A DNA stretch of 64,000 nt, from assembly GCA_012295275.1 (NCBI GenBank), contig CM022673.1, positions 29,822,001 to 29,886,000 of the forward strand, written 5' to 3'. The translations under genes and the position numbers were made by a program. This DNA is from Chrysomallon squamiferum. Taxonomy: Eukaryota > Animalia > Mollusca. The notes beneath the pieces are model-generated. The model saw nothing but the letters and a program-made list of their open reading frames with translations. It had not been told where the DNA came from and did no database searches. Below are positions 14,356 through 28,869 of this stretch, piece by piece. Position 1 is the first letter of the stretch; each line of letters begins with the position of its first letter.

Positions 14356-15559
14356 GGACACACACCACTGTTTTATGAAAATATATAATATGAACAAGAT
14401 GTTATCTGAACATTACGATAATCTATCATATAACACGTTTATACTAGAAAACTTTACCAACGAGAATTGTCGATATATAACATTGTGAAAAACAGAGCTG
14501 TTTGTGCTTTTAAGTACTATGAATAGAATGAACGTTGAAACAAAGTATAATGAAAAAGCATGTTGTAAAACAGAGTACTTTTAAAATAATACTGTGAACA
14601 GGGATTACATGAACAGAAGGTCTTCGGTTGATGATCGATGGGAAACAATTTCATTAATCAGGCGTAAAAATAAACTATTTAGTTTCCCCCCAGAAGACAG
14701 TCGATAGCAACACTTGTAATAGAGACTAACACTGTCTGTATGACATTCTGGATTGCTTTATGTCAAAGAGAAAATAAATCATATATTAATGTTTGAGAAA
14801 AGGCAAAGGTAATATTTCCATGTAAAAATGAATAAGCTGTGAAATCTGACGCCAATTTTTTATTCTATAAAAGCAGTCAATTTGAAAGGTTTATTTATTT
14901 ATTTAGTTAGTTTTTTGTTTGTTTTTTTGTTTTAGTTGTTGTTGTTTGTTTGAGGTTTTTTTTTTTTATTATTATTATTTTTTTTTTTATAAATTATTAA
15001 AAGTAAATATTAAAAACACTGATATTAATTCCTTTTTTCTACCTATCAGTAAATACCACTGTTACGTTTTCTGTTCGTAGGAGTCGATGTTCGCTTTTTG
15101 CTACACAACGAAAACATCGATAAAATGAAATTATATTTAATTAACAAGTATTTGGAAAGTTCCTGGATGAAACATCATGCAAAATCTGTAAACACTTATG
15201 TAAGATAAACACTTCTTTAAAAGAGACAGAATCTATAATATTTTGATGTTTTGTATTAGTAGTCAAATAAAGTCACTGATTATAGACATTATGATTCAGT
15301 CAATGAGTATGATAAAAAATAAAAAATAAATAAATAACTCAGACAATGAAAACAAACTCAAAACAAAACAAATCTAATAAAAATATCACCTGTTTTTGAT
15401 TATTCCAAATAAAGCTATATCAAAAATAATTGTCTCCAAATACCAAATAATTTGTTTTCTTCTTCTTCTTAAAAAAAAATAAAAAATAATAACTTCGCTT
15501 CCCAGAAATTACCAATTGTTACCTGGAATGAGTTTCTGGATTTCCGATGTCTGGCTGGT

Positions 15560-15842
15560 TGCTTGACGTTCTGTGATTGGTTGATTCGTTCAGGGCGGGA
15601 AGCGCGCGCGTTCGCTGCTGCTGCTGTCGAACGACGTGGCAGAACCGCATACGTTTTCATTCACGTTTTTAGCCGTCTCTTGTCATTAATTATTAATGTC
15701 GCTTCTATCGCGTGGAAAGCCGCTCATCCGCTGATACAGTTTCCCAGAGCTTTATAAGCGGTCGACTCGAGTTCATTTCTCTTCGTACTCAAGACAGCCC
15801 GGCGCTACTGATTGCAAAGGATCGGAAAATTCACAAAGTTTG
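15560..15842 (+). promoter_or_regulatory. Putative core promoter and non-coding exon 1 of the whitnin gene
   Basis: Local CpG/GC-rich island, inverted CCAAT (gattgg ~15575), TATAAG at 15753-15758, and a strong donor TG|GTGAGT after 15842. The next coding exon opens with an acceptor only 6 nt before its ATG, so an upstream UTR exon is required. Linking the two is inference. Confidence 0.6.
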
Positions 15843-17270
15843 GTGAGTAAATAGATATTACTAAATTTTGGTGATATAATTTTGACAGTATTCAACACAC
15901 AGAAAAACTTTTTAGTTTTTAATCTTAATTTCTTTACTCCATTCTAGTTTTCTTCTAAATTATAATAGACTTTAAAATTGTCAAAGGTTTTAAGATGTTC
16001 TGTTTTATTATCAATATCAGTTTTTAATCTTATTTGTCTTTATTTCTCTCTAATGTTCTAAAAAATTCATAGACTGAAATAACTTTGATAACTATCATCA
16101 CATTTAAACTATTTACTTTCAGTATTAGTTTTATTTTAACTTGTCTTCTTTTTGGTTTTATATCCCGGTGCTAATTAAAGAGTTAATATACTACTATGCT
16201 TAATTAACATAACAACGAAGATATACTGATTTTATTTAGAGAAAAACTTAATTTTCACTGTGAAATTTTCCTTTAAATGAAATTTTGGTTGATGTTCTGT
16301 CAGAATTGTTTATTATTATTAAATTATCTGGACATGATGTTAATAACTTAAATATTATCATGGATGTATATATATGTATGTATGTATATTTGTATGTACG
16401 TAGGTATTTATGTTGATATGTATGTATGTTTGTATGTAGGTATGTATGTTTGTATGTATGTATGTATGTATACATACGTATGTATCTGTAGGTACGTATA
16501 TGTATGTGTGTGTATATAGGTGCGTCTGTATGTATATATAAATGATTTCCAATTACATTTCAGTGACAAACAAATAAGTTTTATGTCAGTTGCACTGTTA
16601 TCTGCTTTATTCTAGCGCACTTAAAATATGACAATCAGTTTTAATTTATAAACGGTAATTTTGTCATTAATTTAAAAAAAAATATTTTTGGTAGCCCAGA
16701 CTGTGACATGGTAACTTTATAGTTCGTTTATTTATTTTTATTTTTATTTTTTTTTTGTTATTATTTTTTTAATGAATTGAATTACCATTAGAACACTAGC
16801 TGAAACACGCTGATATTTCAGTAATCTAATGAATGTTTTAAACGACCTTGTAATTGCGCTAGTGTGAAGTGTGTATTTTTGCAAGTTGGTATCTTTTCCA
16901 CTAGGGTCCAGTCATTGCTAATTACACAGTTTTTTTGGTGTTTTTTATTATTATTATTATTTTAATGAGAATACAACATACTAAGTAGAAACACGGTTAG
17001 CACGCGACACAAATTATGTTACAGTGACGTCACTACGTTGATTGAAATAGATTTAGTGAATCTTACCAGTAAGTCCTATTAAATAAATTTTATATCAGTT
17101 CAGACGAGAAAATATATTTAATTATCATAATTTGTTCGAGTAAAACACTAAAATAATAATTCAGAAGTTATACAGAAAAAATGTTATGGGTATTTATTCG
17201 TAAAACAAAGTGTATGCTTTATTAACTTACAACGTATGACAGCTTAATGCAGTCAACAAAAAAAAAAAAA

Positions 17271-17310
<40 letters not shown>

Positions 17311-19163
17311 TTTAAACCATATATATATATTATATAGTCGATATAGTTTTCCTGATTTCATACAGTTAGATAAAAACATATGTGCAGAAGTTATCAAATT
17401 ATACACATAACAGTATCCAATCCACGATTTCCCTGTTTAAAAATCGATATGATGTGACAATCTATGAAACTTTAATTTAAGTATTATTATTTTATTTTTT
17501 TACGGCTTTTTTTTTTTTTTTTTAAATATTGATGAATACGTGAACAAAAAAAAAAAAGAGAGATATTCATTTGTTCGGGTAGACACTTTAAAAGGAGTGA
17601 AAAATAAATTTGTCTCGTGGTCAAGGTCCGAGTTAAACTCCGCTTGGATCATTTGCCACATTCAAAACTAATTGTTCTGTCTCTGTTATCAATAAATAAA
17701 TAAATACCATGTGTTCGACTCCAGTGAACATTTTAAAATTTTCTTTATTGTTTGTGAGCGCGCGTTATTTATTTATAAGAAATGAGTTTCTGTCAAGTGG
17801 CTCTTTCTTTTATATATTTAAATTTATATCTAGATAATAATACTTGTCAAAAAGAACAGTAAAGCCTAAGTTATTACAATGAATTCTGAAATGACATCTT
17901 AGAATGGATGCCTATTTCCCCCCCCAAAAAAAAAAATAAAATAAAAAAAAAATTAAAAAAATAACCGTTCCAACAATAACACGATTTGCAAGATAGTAGC
18001 AAAGTACAATAATTTTTGAAATTCGTTTTAGTAATAAATATATGTTTGTTGTAAATATTATTGTATGAAAAAAAAAGTGAAAAAATAACTATATAACTAA
18101 ATAACAAATAAAAAATAAAAAATTAAATTAAGAGAAAAAAGAGAAAAAAAAAGAAAAAGGAAAGAAAGAAAAAAAAAAAAGAAGAGAAAAATAAAGAATG
18201 AAAAGGCAGAAAATAAAAAGTCAGCGGAAGCTGCCAATAAATTAGCCATAATTGCTAGAAGCAATCACTCTGAACAGACGAATCCCCTAAAACTGTGCAG
18301 CGCTGTAATTAGAAGTAACTAGCAATTCCAGCAGCGAAGAACCTGCGCCCCAAGCCTTCACACCTGACTGACAATAAACGCCAGAGCGGTGTTTGGAAAG
18401 CAGGATCATTTTAATACGCTGTTTTGACCGTCTGCTCGACATGGATTCGCAATCAAATTAACGACAAGATGTGCACGTTGTAAGTGGTGTTTTGTTGATG
18501 ATATTCTAATTGATTCGACACCACAGAGGCCCCGGAGGATACACAAGAATGACTTCACGGTGTGCGTTTTGCAGATTATTTATTTTCTTGATAATGAAAT
18601 GCCGAAAAGTGACAGCGGTCGGCTCATAGCAGAGTTACTTCGTGAAAAGTTGACAAACGTTAAAACTTAGAACCTGTGTAAACCACAAGTCTTTATGGTT
18701 TATGTTCGATCACTGGAAGCTTGAGGAAAGGTAGAACAACATTTGTAAATAATCTGCGAATTAGTAAGACATAACCATGGTTTAGCTAAACCAAAACATG
18801 TTTTCCATTAAGCATCATTTTGTGTTTGGTTGTGTTTTTATTATTTCTCCTGTCATTTATAGTTTTGTTTTTCCCACTTCTCTTAATATTAGTTGATCCT
18901 AATAGTATATTATATTAAAGACCAACATAAATACACTGAAACACACAGATAGACACACGTAAACACACATTCCCTAATATTTTATATGTCTTTGTATGTC
19001 TCTCTCTCTTTCTCACTCTCAGTATATATTTGTATATAAAAATGCGTGCGCGCGCACACACACACATACACATGTATGTATACACATATTTATATACATG
19101 TGTAGATAACGTACATAAAAACTTTAATCTTTGCTACTAATTTCAGCTAAAAGTGATGGTTCA

Positions 19164-19206
<43 letters not shown>

Positions 19207-19246
19207 CTATAATTACACATAAAGGTAATTAATTAACCGATTTTTA

Positions 19247-19292
<46 letters not shown>

Positions 19293-20765
19293 TTATATCG
19301 AATGAAAAGCCGAGAAGAGCCATGGCCCTGGAGACGTTTTTCAGAGTGGGACAAGATCTGGCTAAATTTAATGAGGCCATGATTGTGATAACCGGAAATT
19401 ACCGGAAATTACCGACCAATGACGCCTTTGTTTAATTATGAAAATATACCAAAGAACGTGCGCCCCAATTCTCAAGAGTTGCAGTCAGGAAATTAGCTTT
19501 TTACTTTCGTGTCACTGATTAGTATCATCATTAGTTTCACACATGCGCAGAAATGGAATACTTTTGTAAATTTTTTATTGGCTGCAGAACGCTTGATTTC
19601 ACTCAGTATTAACCAATAATTATAGCTTTTGTAATTCGCCCCAGTCTTTCCTTCCGTATAACAGACGTCAATACATACATATATACACATCTATATTCCT
19701 TATGTGTGTGCATATGTGTTTATGTGTATTAAATAAGAAATACCCACGTATATACAAAATAATATCGTTCTCACTTTTTATTTATACATAGATGATAAAT
19801 TCTTATTAGTATGACAAAATGACATTGAAGGATGAAAATTTAATACAGATACAAACTGGTCGATGCAGAGTTGGAATTGGAGAAAGCGAGAGGAGGAGGG
19901 AAGGAGAGAAAATAACCAAGTTGGGGAAGATAGGGATTATTGGATAGGGAAAGATTATTTATTTGAAAACAGTTAACTAGTTACAAACTAACAATGAGTT
20001 GTCTATACATTATTATGAACAATTATTTATTATCACTATATTGTCCTTTTATTATTATTGTTTTTTTTCTTCTTCTTCTTCTTCTTCTTCTTAAAACACT
20101 GACTGGTTGGCCTAATCGAAACGTGAACCTACATACTGGATATAGCTGTATATTTCTAATATGGTTAAACTTACTGATTATCAGCATTTGTAATAAACAT
20201 TAACAGAACTGTAGAGCAATAATAATTTTATTGGAGTGAAGAAACTTATAAATTTATTTCTCATTATTAATTTTTTTGATTTTTTTTTTTTTTTTTTATT
20301 TATTTATTTTAGTTATTATACATAAAGGTATTCGGTCTGTTATACGAAGTGTTAATCTTAAGTTTACAGCATTAAAAGGTTATCGTCCTGGGATTATTTG
20401 TTTAGCTTTCTGCGCCGCCATTTGTATTGAGGTGATAGTTTTATTTTTAACTTTTCACTCTGGAGAGTTCCTATCAGCACTGAGGCGATATTGCACGAGA
20501 TCAAACTGAAAAATGTCGTTAGGCGTACCGTCTGATTTACAAGTTTAACAGTTCGCTGTTTTCTGTTGCTTCTTCTTTCCGAGTAATGCTGCTGTAAAAT
20601 TTCAGTAATGAAACGTTAACATATCCCCTTTTGTGTTGAGTGTTAATGTGGTAAAGAAAACGTGTTGTTGTATAACTCAATGATCGAAAACTGAAGTAAA
20701 AGCAGACAGATTTTATTTAAAAACTTTTAAAAAATAAAAATAATAAAAATAATAATAATAATTAA

Positions 20766-20808
<43 letters not shown>

Positions 20809-21215
20809 TAAAAAAAAGAAAGAAAGAAAGAAAATAATAATAATAAATAATAATAATAAATAAATAAATAAATAAATAATAATAATTAGAAGATGCATTA
20901 TAATTATAGCTCTGGAGATTGAGACAAAAAAAATGCAGTTATTAAGGCCATGATCTTTTAAATGTTTTTATTTTGTTTTGTTTTCGCGCAGTTAAAATTG
21001 TTGTAAAGCTTTAGTTACAAAAAGAAAAGAACTGGCGCGATGATTATGACGTTGTAAATGATAAAATCGTGATGATAATGACGAAAGTGATGATGAACGA
21101 AGACGACAATGACGAAGTGCTTATGGTGATTGTGTAGACAAAGGCTATAACGATGATCATGATGTCAATCACAATGATGATAGCTGATGATGATGATATT
21201 TCATTTCAGATCAGA

Positions 21216-24039
21216 ATGGAATTGAATACACTGGCCGTCCTCGGATCATTCCTTACCTTGCTGATTCTCACACCTTCCCACGGCCTACCCGCTGGCAGTA
21301 ACGTACGTACACAGTTTTACTCGTTTCGTGTAATTACTAAGATTGTGCTGAACTTACTGAAAATGCTCGCTGTTAATGTTAGTTTTATTACTTTAAATTT
21401 CGTTCGTTACCAAACTCAATACTCACTCCCTTAAACGCACGTACATTTCTATTTATAAATAAACTTTTGTGTTTATTATTAGAAATTTAAAATAATTATT
21501 TTTATTTTAATGTTATCTACACTGTAATAATTTGATAATTCGATAAGTAATTTAATAATTCAGTAAGTAATTTAATAATTCTCTTAAAGGTGGTAGTTAA
21601 TTGTATTTGTGCTCTTCTATTTATTTTCTTTATTTCTTTTCTTATTTCTTTTATTTTATTATTATTATTTTTTTAATTTATCTAGAAATATAATTCATGT
21701 AATAATTATTTTGTATTGTCTTCTATATAAAGTAATAAAATAATATTATCAGCGAGTTCAACATTATTTGATTATAAACGTTGTTTTAAGTACTATAGGA
21801 TGCAAGTTGCTTAACACTGACATTTATTAAATACAAACGTCAACCTGCTACCGTTTCAGAATGACATGAGCGCCGCCAAACGGCCAAAATACATGGACAC
21901 GAGAGATGAATTTGACGTTTTGAAGGACACCGTATACGTCGCCATAAGGGAAGTAAGTAATGTGGTTCTCGTTGTTGTTCTTCATGTTCTTTTTCTTCTT
22001 TCTTTCTCCGGATAAATACTTCCAAGAAAAATGCGAAGAATAACAAGTATTCAGCTATAAGTCTAAATAACAAAAATATTTTAATCACTTTATACACTTA
22101 AATATCGTCATTAAAAATTCAGCCAATTCTTAATATTGCCTATCCAAACATTAAGAATCACTTCGTTAACGAGTTTTATAAAGGCCAGGTGTACTTAGAA
22201 AAAAGTTCACCAGGATAATTCGTTTTTTCTTCTCGTTCTTGTTTACCAAAACAACATCCACTGCGTACGTTCACATACATATTTAATGCGCCTTCGTAAC
22301 CCAACCGTATAGATCTCTGGGGATGGGGAGATAACTCTAAATGACGTGCTGATAAATATCTTCAGCTCTTTTCATACGATAGCCATGTCGATTCTGTTTA
22401 GGGGAACCAATCTTCCAGAATATTGTTTATGAAATATTTATAAGCATGTAGGTATCTCCACATATTTCTCTAGTGCCATTCGATGGGGTCCTCATGCAAT
22501 ATTCACGCAGCCATCTGTATATGCATTATAGTTTAGTGTGTGTCAGTTAACCGAGAAATACATCCCAAAGTCACAGGACGGCCATGATGTAATGTAAATT
22601 TGTAACCAGTACTAATGAAATATTCTGCATAATGGCATATTAATATAAAAATAATTTTTGCTTATGAATAGTTTATTCACCGGATAACGTATTAAATTTT
22701 CTTGTTTTACAAACGCACATTGTCACATACGTACAAATAAACACGAGATAAAATGTTTAATTATACACGTTTAACTGCCGCAGTGGAAATGAATCATGTT
22801 ATCTTCTTGAAATTAATCTTTATAATTCTTTTACTAAAAATAAATTAACACCTCTTTTTCGCAATATTTGTCAGTGTTTTATTTGTTAGAGTGTTTGTTT
22901 GTTTATTATTATTATTTACCGAACTTTAAAACATTTACTTTCAATTGTTAATCGACTCCCTTAATATATATAAAATAAATAAATAAATAATTGAGCAGAA
23001 GATGTAAAATTTAATAATAATAATAATAATAACATGCTATTCTGTGGAATGAACTCCTGAATACCATGCTCTCTGAAATCCGCGCGAAACCACGAATGCG
23101 GTTGCTATGGTTTTGACAGCTATGACTAAACGTAACGTCAGCAAGTTAACAGTAGATTTTAAAATTTAATAAGTTGCTGATCCCAGAGGGTATTAAATTT
23201 TTATGTTTATAATGTAGTTTTCCCCTCAGTTCGTCATGTTATTTTGGGGAGTGGCTTACCAGAATAAACGTCCCAGGTTTCAAGAGACTGTTCAAGTGAA
23301 ATAAAAAATTTATCTTGCACTATGTGAATACTGCTGTCATTAACTAACTTTCAATTTAAACTTTCGTGTTAATCAGGCTTTAAACGCAACTCTAAGCAGA
23401 CTGATTAATTTGTACTGTTTTGATTGCAGTCTAAAAAGAGATGAAACTCCCACGTAAAAATTGTTTGAGCAGTTTGATTAGTCCCTGTTTGTGAGTCGCT
23501 TGAGTTCAATGGTTAGAACTAAAATTTAATAAACTGCACAATCAGTTATCTTCAGAGCATTTTGTCAGTGCCGCCAGTGCACTAGACTGATTTATCAAAG
23601 ACTAAGAGTAGATCCCATAAAAATTCCTTACAGATAATCCTGTTAAATGGATTTCCTCGTTCATACGTTATCATTACTCAAGAAAGGCCTTACAGACACG
23701 AAATAACTTTTACAAATATAATGCGTTCATGTGTCGTTAGTTGATCTATTTAACAAAATTATTTCTTTTTCCGGCTCTGCTTGGCTAACTAGTTATTCAT
23801 TTGCGGTTTGTTATATATATATATATATATATAAATATATCTCTTTTTATGCAGTATTACACAGTTAAATAACACTCGATTCATTTGACAGAGTAACAAA
23901 ATGAAGGTTATCGTCAACTCGCATCTGATAGAAAATACATTCATATGTAAGTGACCGGCGACAACATGCTTGATGACAGTTAACACTCCAGATGCATTTT
24001 GTCAACAGAGCTGTCATACATATATATGTCTGCGTGTGT

Positions 24040-24079
<40 letters not shown>

Positions 24080-25214
24080 TGTGTGTGTGTAAGTGGGTGT
24101 GTGTTTAATGTACGTATACCTGGCCAACTTAAATGTGCTAATTATGCTATTAAGTTCGAGAAAGAGCTGATATTTGCGCTTATAATTATTATTTTGCTGT
24201 TGTTTTAGCCATTTACAATAACAAGATAAAATTCATATCATGAATATTGTTAAATATATTATATGTGACGTGTGAGATTTCTGTCCACAGTATGTTTGCC
24301 TGTTTGGCTATTAGCCGTTCAAACAACTGACTATATTTTTATTTTTATTTCAAACTAAACACATTTTATCTTCAACATTATATTTATTAAAACATATATT
24401 TCGTTAATATTTTCTCTCTTTCTTCTTTTATTCCCTATATCTTACTCTCTTCTCATAATTATTAATATTCAATTAATTTTCTTTCAGGCAAAATGTTCCA
24501 CTGCCTGATATTTTGTTTGGTTACTAATTAATTACATTTCTGTTGATTGTAGAATACTGCATTGTAAATTACTTCATACAGTGTTACATTTCTAATTAAT
24601 AGAATGTGCATTCATTAATTAATTAGGGATCTGAGATCATAATGAAATTGGCAGTCTCTTGTTAATGTCACTGTTTACATATATTTGTCTGTATAAACGA
24701 AAAACTTTGTATTTGATTAAAAATTCGTCAGAACGTATTTTCACTTCAAATAAGCTATAAAAACACAGTTCTCTAGAGTATTGAACAATTCGGTTTATTT
24801 CTACTGCAGCAACCAGTACTGCTACTGGTAGTAATTTCTATCAATATAACTAATATATTCAACTGATAGAGAGAGCATTATTATCTAAACAGCTGTAACG
24901 TATGTGCACAATGTATGTAACACTGCATATTAGTATGAACGTACGGTGAGTGTATGTATACGTATGTGTTCAGTTTAGTACCGATGTCGTTGGTATGCTT
25001 ATTAAAGCGCACGTGTACAGTTTGGTACGTGTGTCGTGTATGTGCATTTTCTCAACTAAAATGTTTTATGTTTCAGTTGGTCGAGGAAGGTAGACTAAGC
25101 AGCGCTATTCTCGAAGACGCCAAAAAACCCATGGACAAGAGAGCTTACATGGGAATCTGCATGAAGAGAACTAACAACCAGTTCGTGCCAGTCCCTTGCA
25201 TCCGAGGTATTTGA
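21216..25214 (+). CDS. whitnin: Whitnin/SPTR/PKYMDT-family neuropeptide precursor, ~105 aa (exons 21216-21302, 21860-21952, 25077-25214)
   Basis: Phase-0 GT-AG joins give MELNTLAVLGSFLTLLILTPSHG-LPAGSNNDMSAA-KR-PKYMDT-R-DEFDVLKDTVYVAIRELVEEGRLSSAILEDAKKPMD-KR-AYMGICM-KR-TNNQFVPVPCIRG(I). It has a signal peptide, dibasic sites, the diagnostic PKYMDT peptide and an xYMGICM...PxPC two-cysteine tail like the Lymnaea SPTR precursor's ERYMGICM. The last few residues are uncertain (see findings). Confidence 0.92.
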
Positions 25215-27400
25215 CCTTCTAGTTAAAATTTACAGATAGCTCATATTTACAGGTAAAACACACAAACGGTGATATGACAGTAACACTGTATTCCCACTGC
25301 AGGTGTCCGATATGAGAAGACTCCTTTATAATTAATCAGCATGAGTCTTGTCACGTTTGAAATACATTTTACGTGTTATTGTAATATAATTAGACGGTGT
25401 TAACTATACTTGATTCTTTTATTGTTTCAAGAAAAATAAAATATTAATTAATAAATAGTTAAATAATAATAATAATAAGAAGAAGAATGACAATAATAAA
25501 ATAATGATAATGTTAATAATAAATAAACTAATACTGATGATGCACAAACATGAAAGACATTTGAAAGCTAATGTTATTTTGTATCTACGTTTGAACACTT
25601 ACACGATTTTTGTATTTTAGCAGTTACTTGCGAATATCGATTACTTTTGAGAAGCTGTAGTAATAACAAAAACAACTACGAACACAAAGACGGCAACATA
25701 AGCAACAACATTAACAATAACAACAACAACAACAACAACAAAACAATAACAATAATATTTTATATATTTTTCTTTTCTGTTTTCAGATTACAAATGAGCA
25801 TCGGTTTGACCTAACTGAAGCTGAACTCTAATGAAATGAAACTGTAAAAAAACACAAAACAAATATTTTTCTTCTTCTTGGTTTCTTTGTTTTTGTTTTC
25901 ATCGCTCTTGCTAAAGTTTGAATTTTATGTTCCAAAATTCAGAAAAAAATAAAATAAAAAGGACATTTGTGGAAATAACGTTTTTCAATTTCAAAATAAA
26001 CACATCGCAGCAGATGTTGTCTTCAAGCGCCATATTGTTTTCCAAACAACCAATCACTATTTTTGTTACACTGGGAGTTTTTAAAAAATCTTTCATTATT
26101 AAAATTTCTTATAGTGGATCTCATCGATTATATAAGTAGGAATAAATATTGTCATTAATTTTTATTAATAAAAATAATATTAGAAATCTTGAGCCATTAT
26201 TCTGACCAGTTTTATTTACGGTAATATTTGAAATAACAGTGACATAATTTGATAACTATTAGTATTAAAACTAAAAATTAATATTTCCTCTTTAAGTGAA
26301 ATCGGAAGGTAGACTGGAGGATGATGTCTTCAGTTTACGTTTGATCTGAACAGGAATGAAACAAAAAAGAAATCTGTCGATGTTCTGTTAGTCCAATAAA
26401 GTAAACATGTAGATAGAATTAATTTAGATGTTCACGTTATGCAATAAACATATCATTAAATTAAAAACCCTTTATTCCATTAATTATCAGTATTTAATTG
26501 ATGTTTATATTTCCGTAGCGTTAATAAAAGTGTTTTAACAGATCATAAACGTTTTATGTTTGTCTTTTTCTTTACTGATTGGTTGATTTATGCTGTTAAC
26601 TTAAAAAAAAAAAAAAACAAACAAAAAAAAAAAAAAGAAAAGAAAAGAAAAAGAATAAAGAATTCAGTATACTGAATGATAGAATAAATAATTATGTAGG
26701 AGAATGGCAATAGTTAATCGTTACACAGAGGCGGTTTTACTATCATTAATCCTTCTTTTTCTTCTTCTTATTATTATTATCACCATCGCCATCGTCGCTG
26801 TCGTCTTTCTAATGTATTCAGTATCCTTACATCACGACTGAAATGTGCTATACGGTTGGCTTCGGCCACATTGTGGACCCCTTGTGGTCAGAGAGTATTC
26901 ACGAGGGGCCAGTAAAGAGAATTAATCGAAAAGAATTCTCCAGTCTTTCTGTCAATGTGTACGTTAAACTAAAATAATGTTACAGTGTGGAATGGCTGGT
27001 AAAAAGAGGGATCGCTGAATACGAAGATAGAAAGTCAAGGAGACAGGGATCGAAACATGTTTTGAAACTGTTAGTTTATAATTATATCAAACGAAAGACG
27101 AAATAATATTAGTCTGACACGTACAATCATATTTCCAAGTGGTAAATTCATTATGCTATTAATTATTAACAACAATATGCTCTGGTTGATGACTGTTTCG
27201 CTGTATTCTGATACATCTGTGACATTTGAAATATGAAACCAACATAAAATTCATTATAAAATTAATTTTTGATAGTTTTACTGTTCACGTATAATACACT
27301 ATGTGAAGTATAGCACGGGAACAACAAGTTTTGTTACTGAAACCTTTATAAAAATAGTGACAGGTGAACAAATGTTTTTGTTTTTTTCACACATAAATAA

Positions 27401-27635
27401 ATTCCGGTGATTATTGTTCCACTGCACATCTTAATGGGACTTAATTTTAATTTGTTAACAACATCAATACTACTACTGCTACTACTGTTTACCTAAATAC
27501 TACTAATACTACTACTACTTCAACTGATACTACTACTACTACTAAAAACACACATACACATTCCGGTGATTATAGTTCCACTGCACGACTTAATGGGGCT
27601 TAATTTTAGATTTTTACAACATCAGAACTACTACT
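27401..27635 (+). repeat. Diverged ~75-bp direct repeat (27401-27475, 27560-27635), each copy ending in (CTA)n
   Basis: attccggtgattatWgttccactgcac..cttaatgggRcttaatttta...acaacatca..actactact is seen twice. Confidence 0.85.
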
Positions 27636-27643
27636 ACTACTAT

Positions 27644-27726
<83 letters not shown>

Positions 27727-28028
27727 GTAACAGTAATAAACATGACCACAAAGGAGTGATTTGGGATGACTCAGAATGACAGATTCGAGGGTCAGAAACT
27801 GATTCTGAAATCTTCCTCTATATTCCAGATAGAACTTTAGGTCATCTAGTTAAATTGAAACGAGTCGCAAGGTTTTCAGAATCTTTACGTAGATCCAGCC
27901 TTGTCTTCAGAACTGTTTGTTTCCACTGTGGATGTGTAATAATGCAGTTATAACAGTTAGATTTACGTTTGACGAAATACTAATCTTTCCCTGTGTATGT
28001 AAATCTCTGTGTGTTAATGCATGTTTGT

Positions 28029-28200
28029 ATATATGTATTGTATGCATTTAGGTAAGAGTGTTACATGAATGTGTGTATGTGTCTCTCTCATTCTCTCTGT
28101 ATGTACATGTATATATGTATTGTATGCATTTAGGTAAGAGTGTTACATGAATGTGTGTATGTGTCTCTCTCATTCTCTCTGTATGTACATGTATATATGT
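28029..28200 (+). repeat. Tandem duplication, 82-bp period, ~2 copies
   Basis: atatatgtattgtatgcatttaggtaagagtgttacatgaatgtgtgtatgtgtctctctcattctctctgtatgtacatgt is repeated essentially exactly. Confidence 0.92.
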
Positions 28201-28234
28201 ATATGTGTGTGTGTTATATATAGATATATATAAG

Positions 28235-28293
<59 letters not shown>

Positions 28294-28869
28294 ATGTGTA
28301 TGTATATTATCTGGGTTTGTATGTATTTGTCGTTTGCATGTGGACTTCGTGCGTGCATGTGTCCATAAGCCTGCGCATGTTTTCATCCGCGAGCCTAACT
28401 ATACAGTGAAATAAACAACCCACCCACCCACAGTGGTGTTTATTACATTAGTCTCTGCCAGACATCCACTACCCGGCTTCGTCTCTGTAATTGAGTCTGT
28501 GTTAAGTCTGTCTAACATCACGACTGAATTCCAGAGACATAACATCGTAGTTCTATTTAATCAGTTTGTGTGAAAGCCAGTAAGTACAGTTCTTAGCAAA
28601 CTTAATAGTTCAAAACACATATTTTATGCAAGGTCGTCTTATTCATAACGTTAACTAGACTGAAAGCTAGGAGCCTGTAATTTTAATTTATATTTTAATT
28701 TTTGTATTTTATCTGAAGCTCTGTTACCTTCTGTAGTGGCATGAAAGATCGACACTTATATTAGTACTTACATTTTGACAAATACTGATAAACATCAAGA
28801 ATGGTAATAACGGGGGAGCGGAATCAGAGAAATATCAGCAGTAAGAAGAAAAACAACAACAAAAATAAA

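Noticed and set aside
26826-26920. SINE-core-like fragment (also ~30465 and ~44745)
   Set aside because: The resemblance is from memory only and too short and degenerate to delimit without a search.
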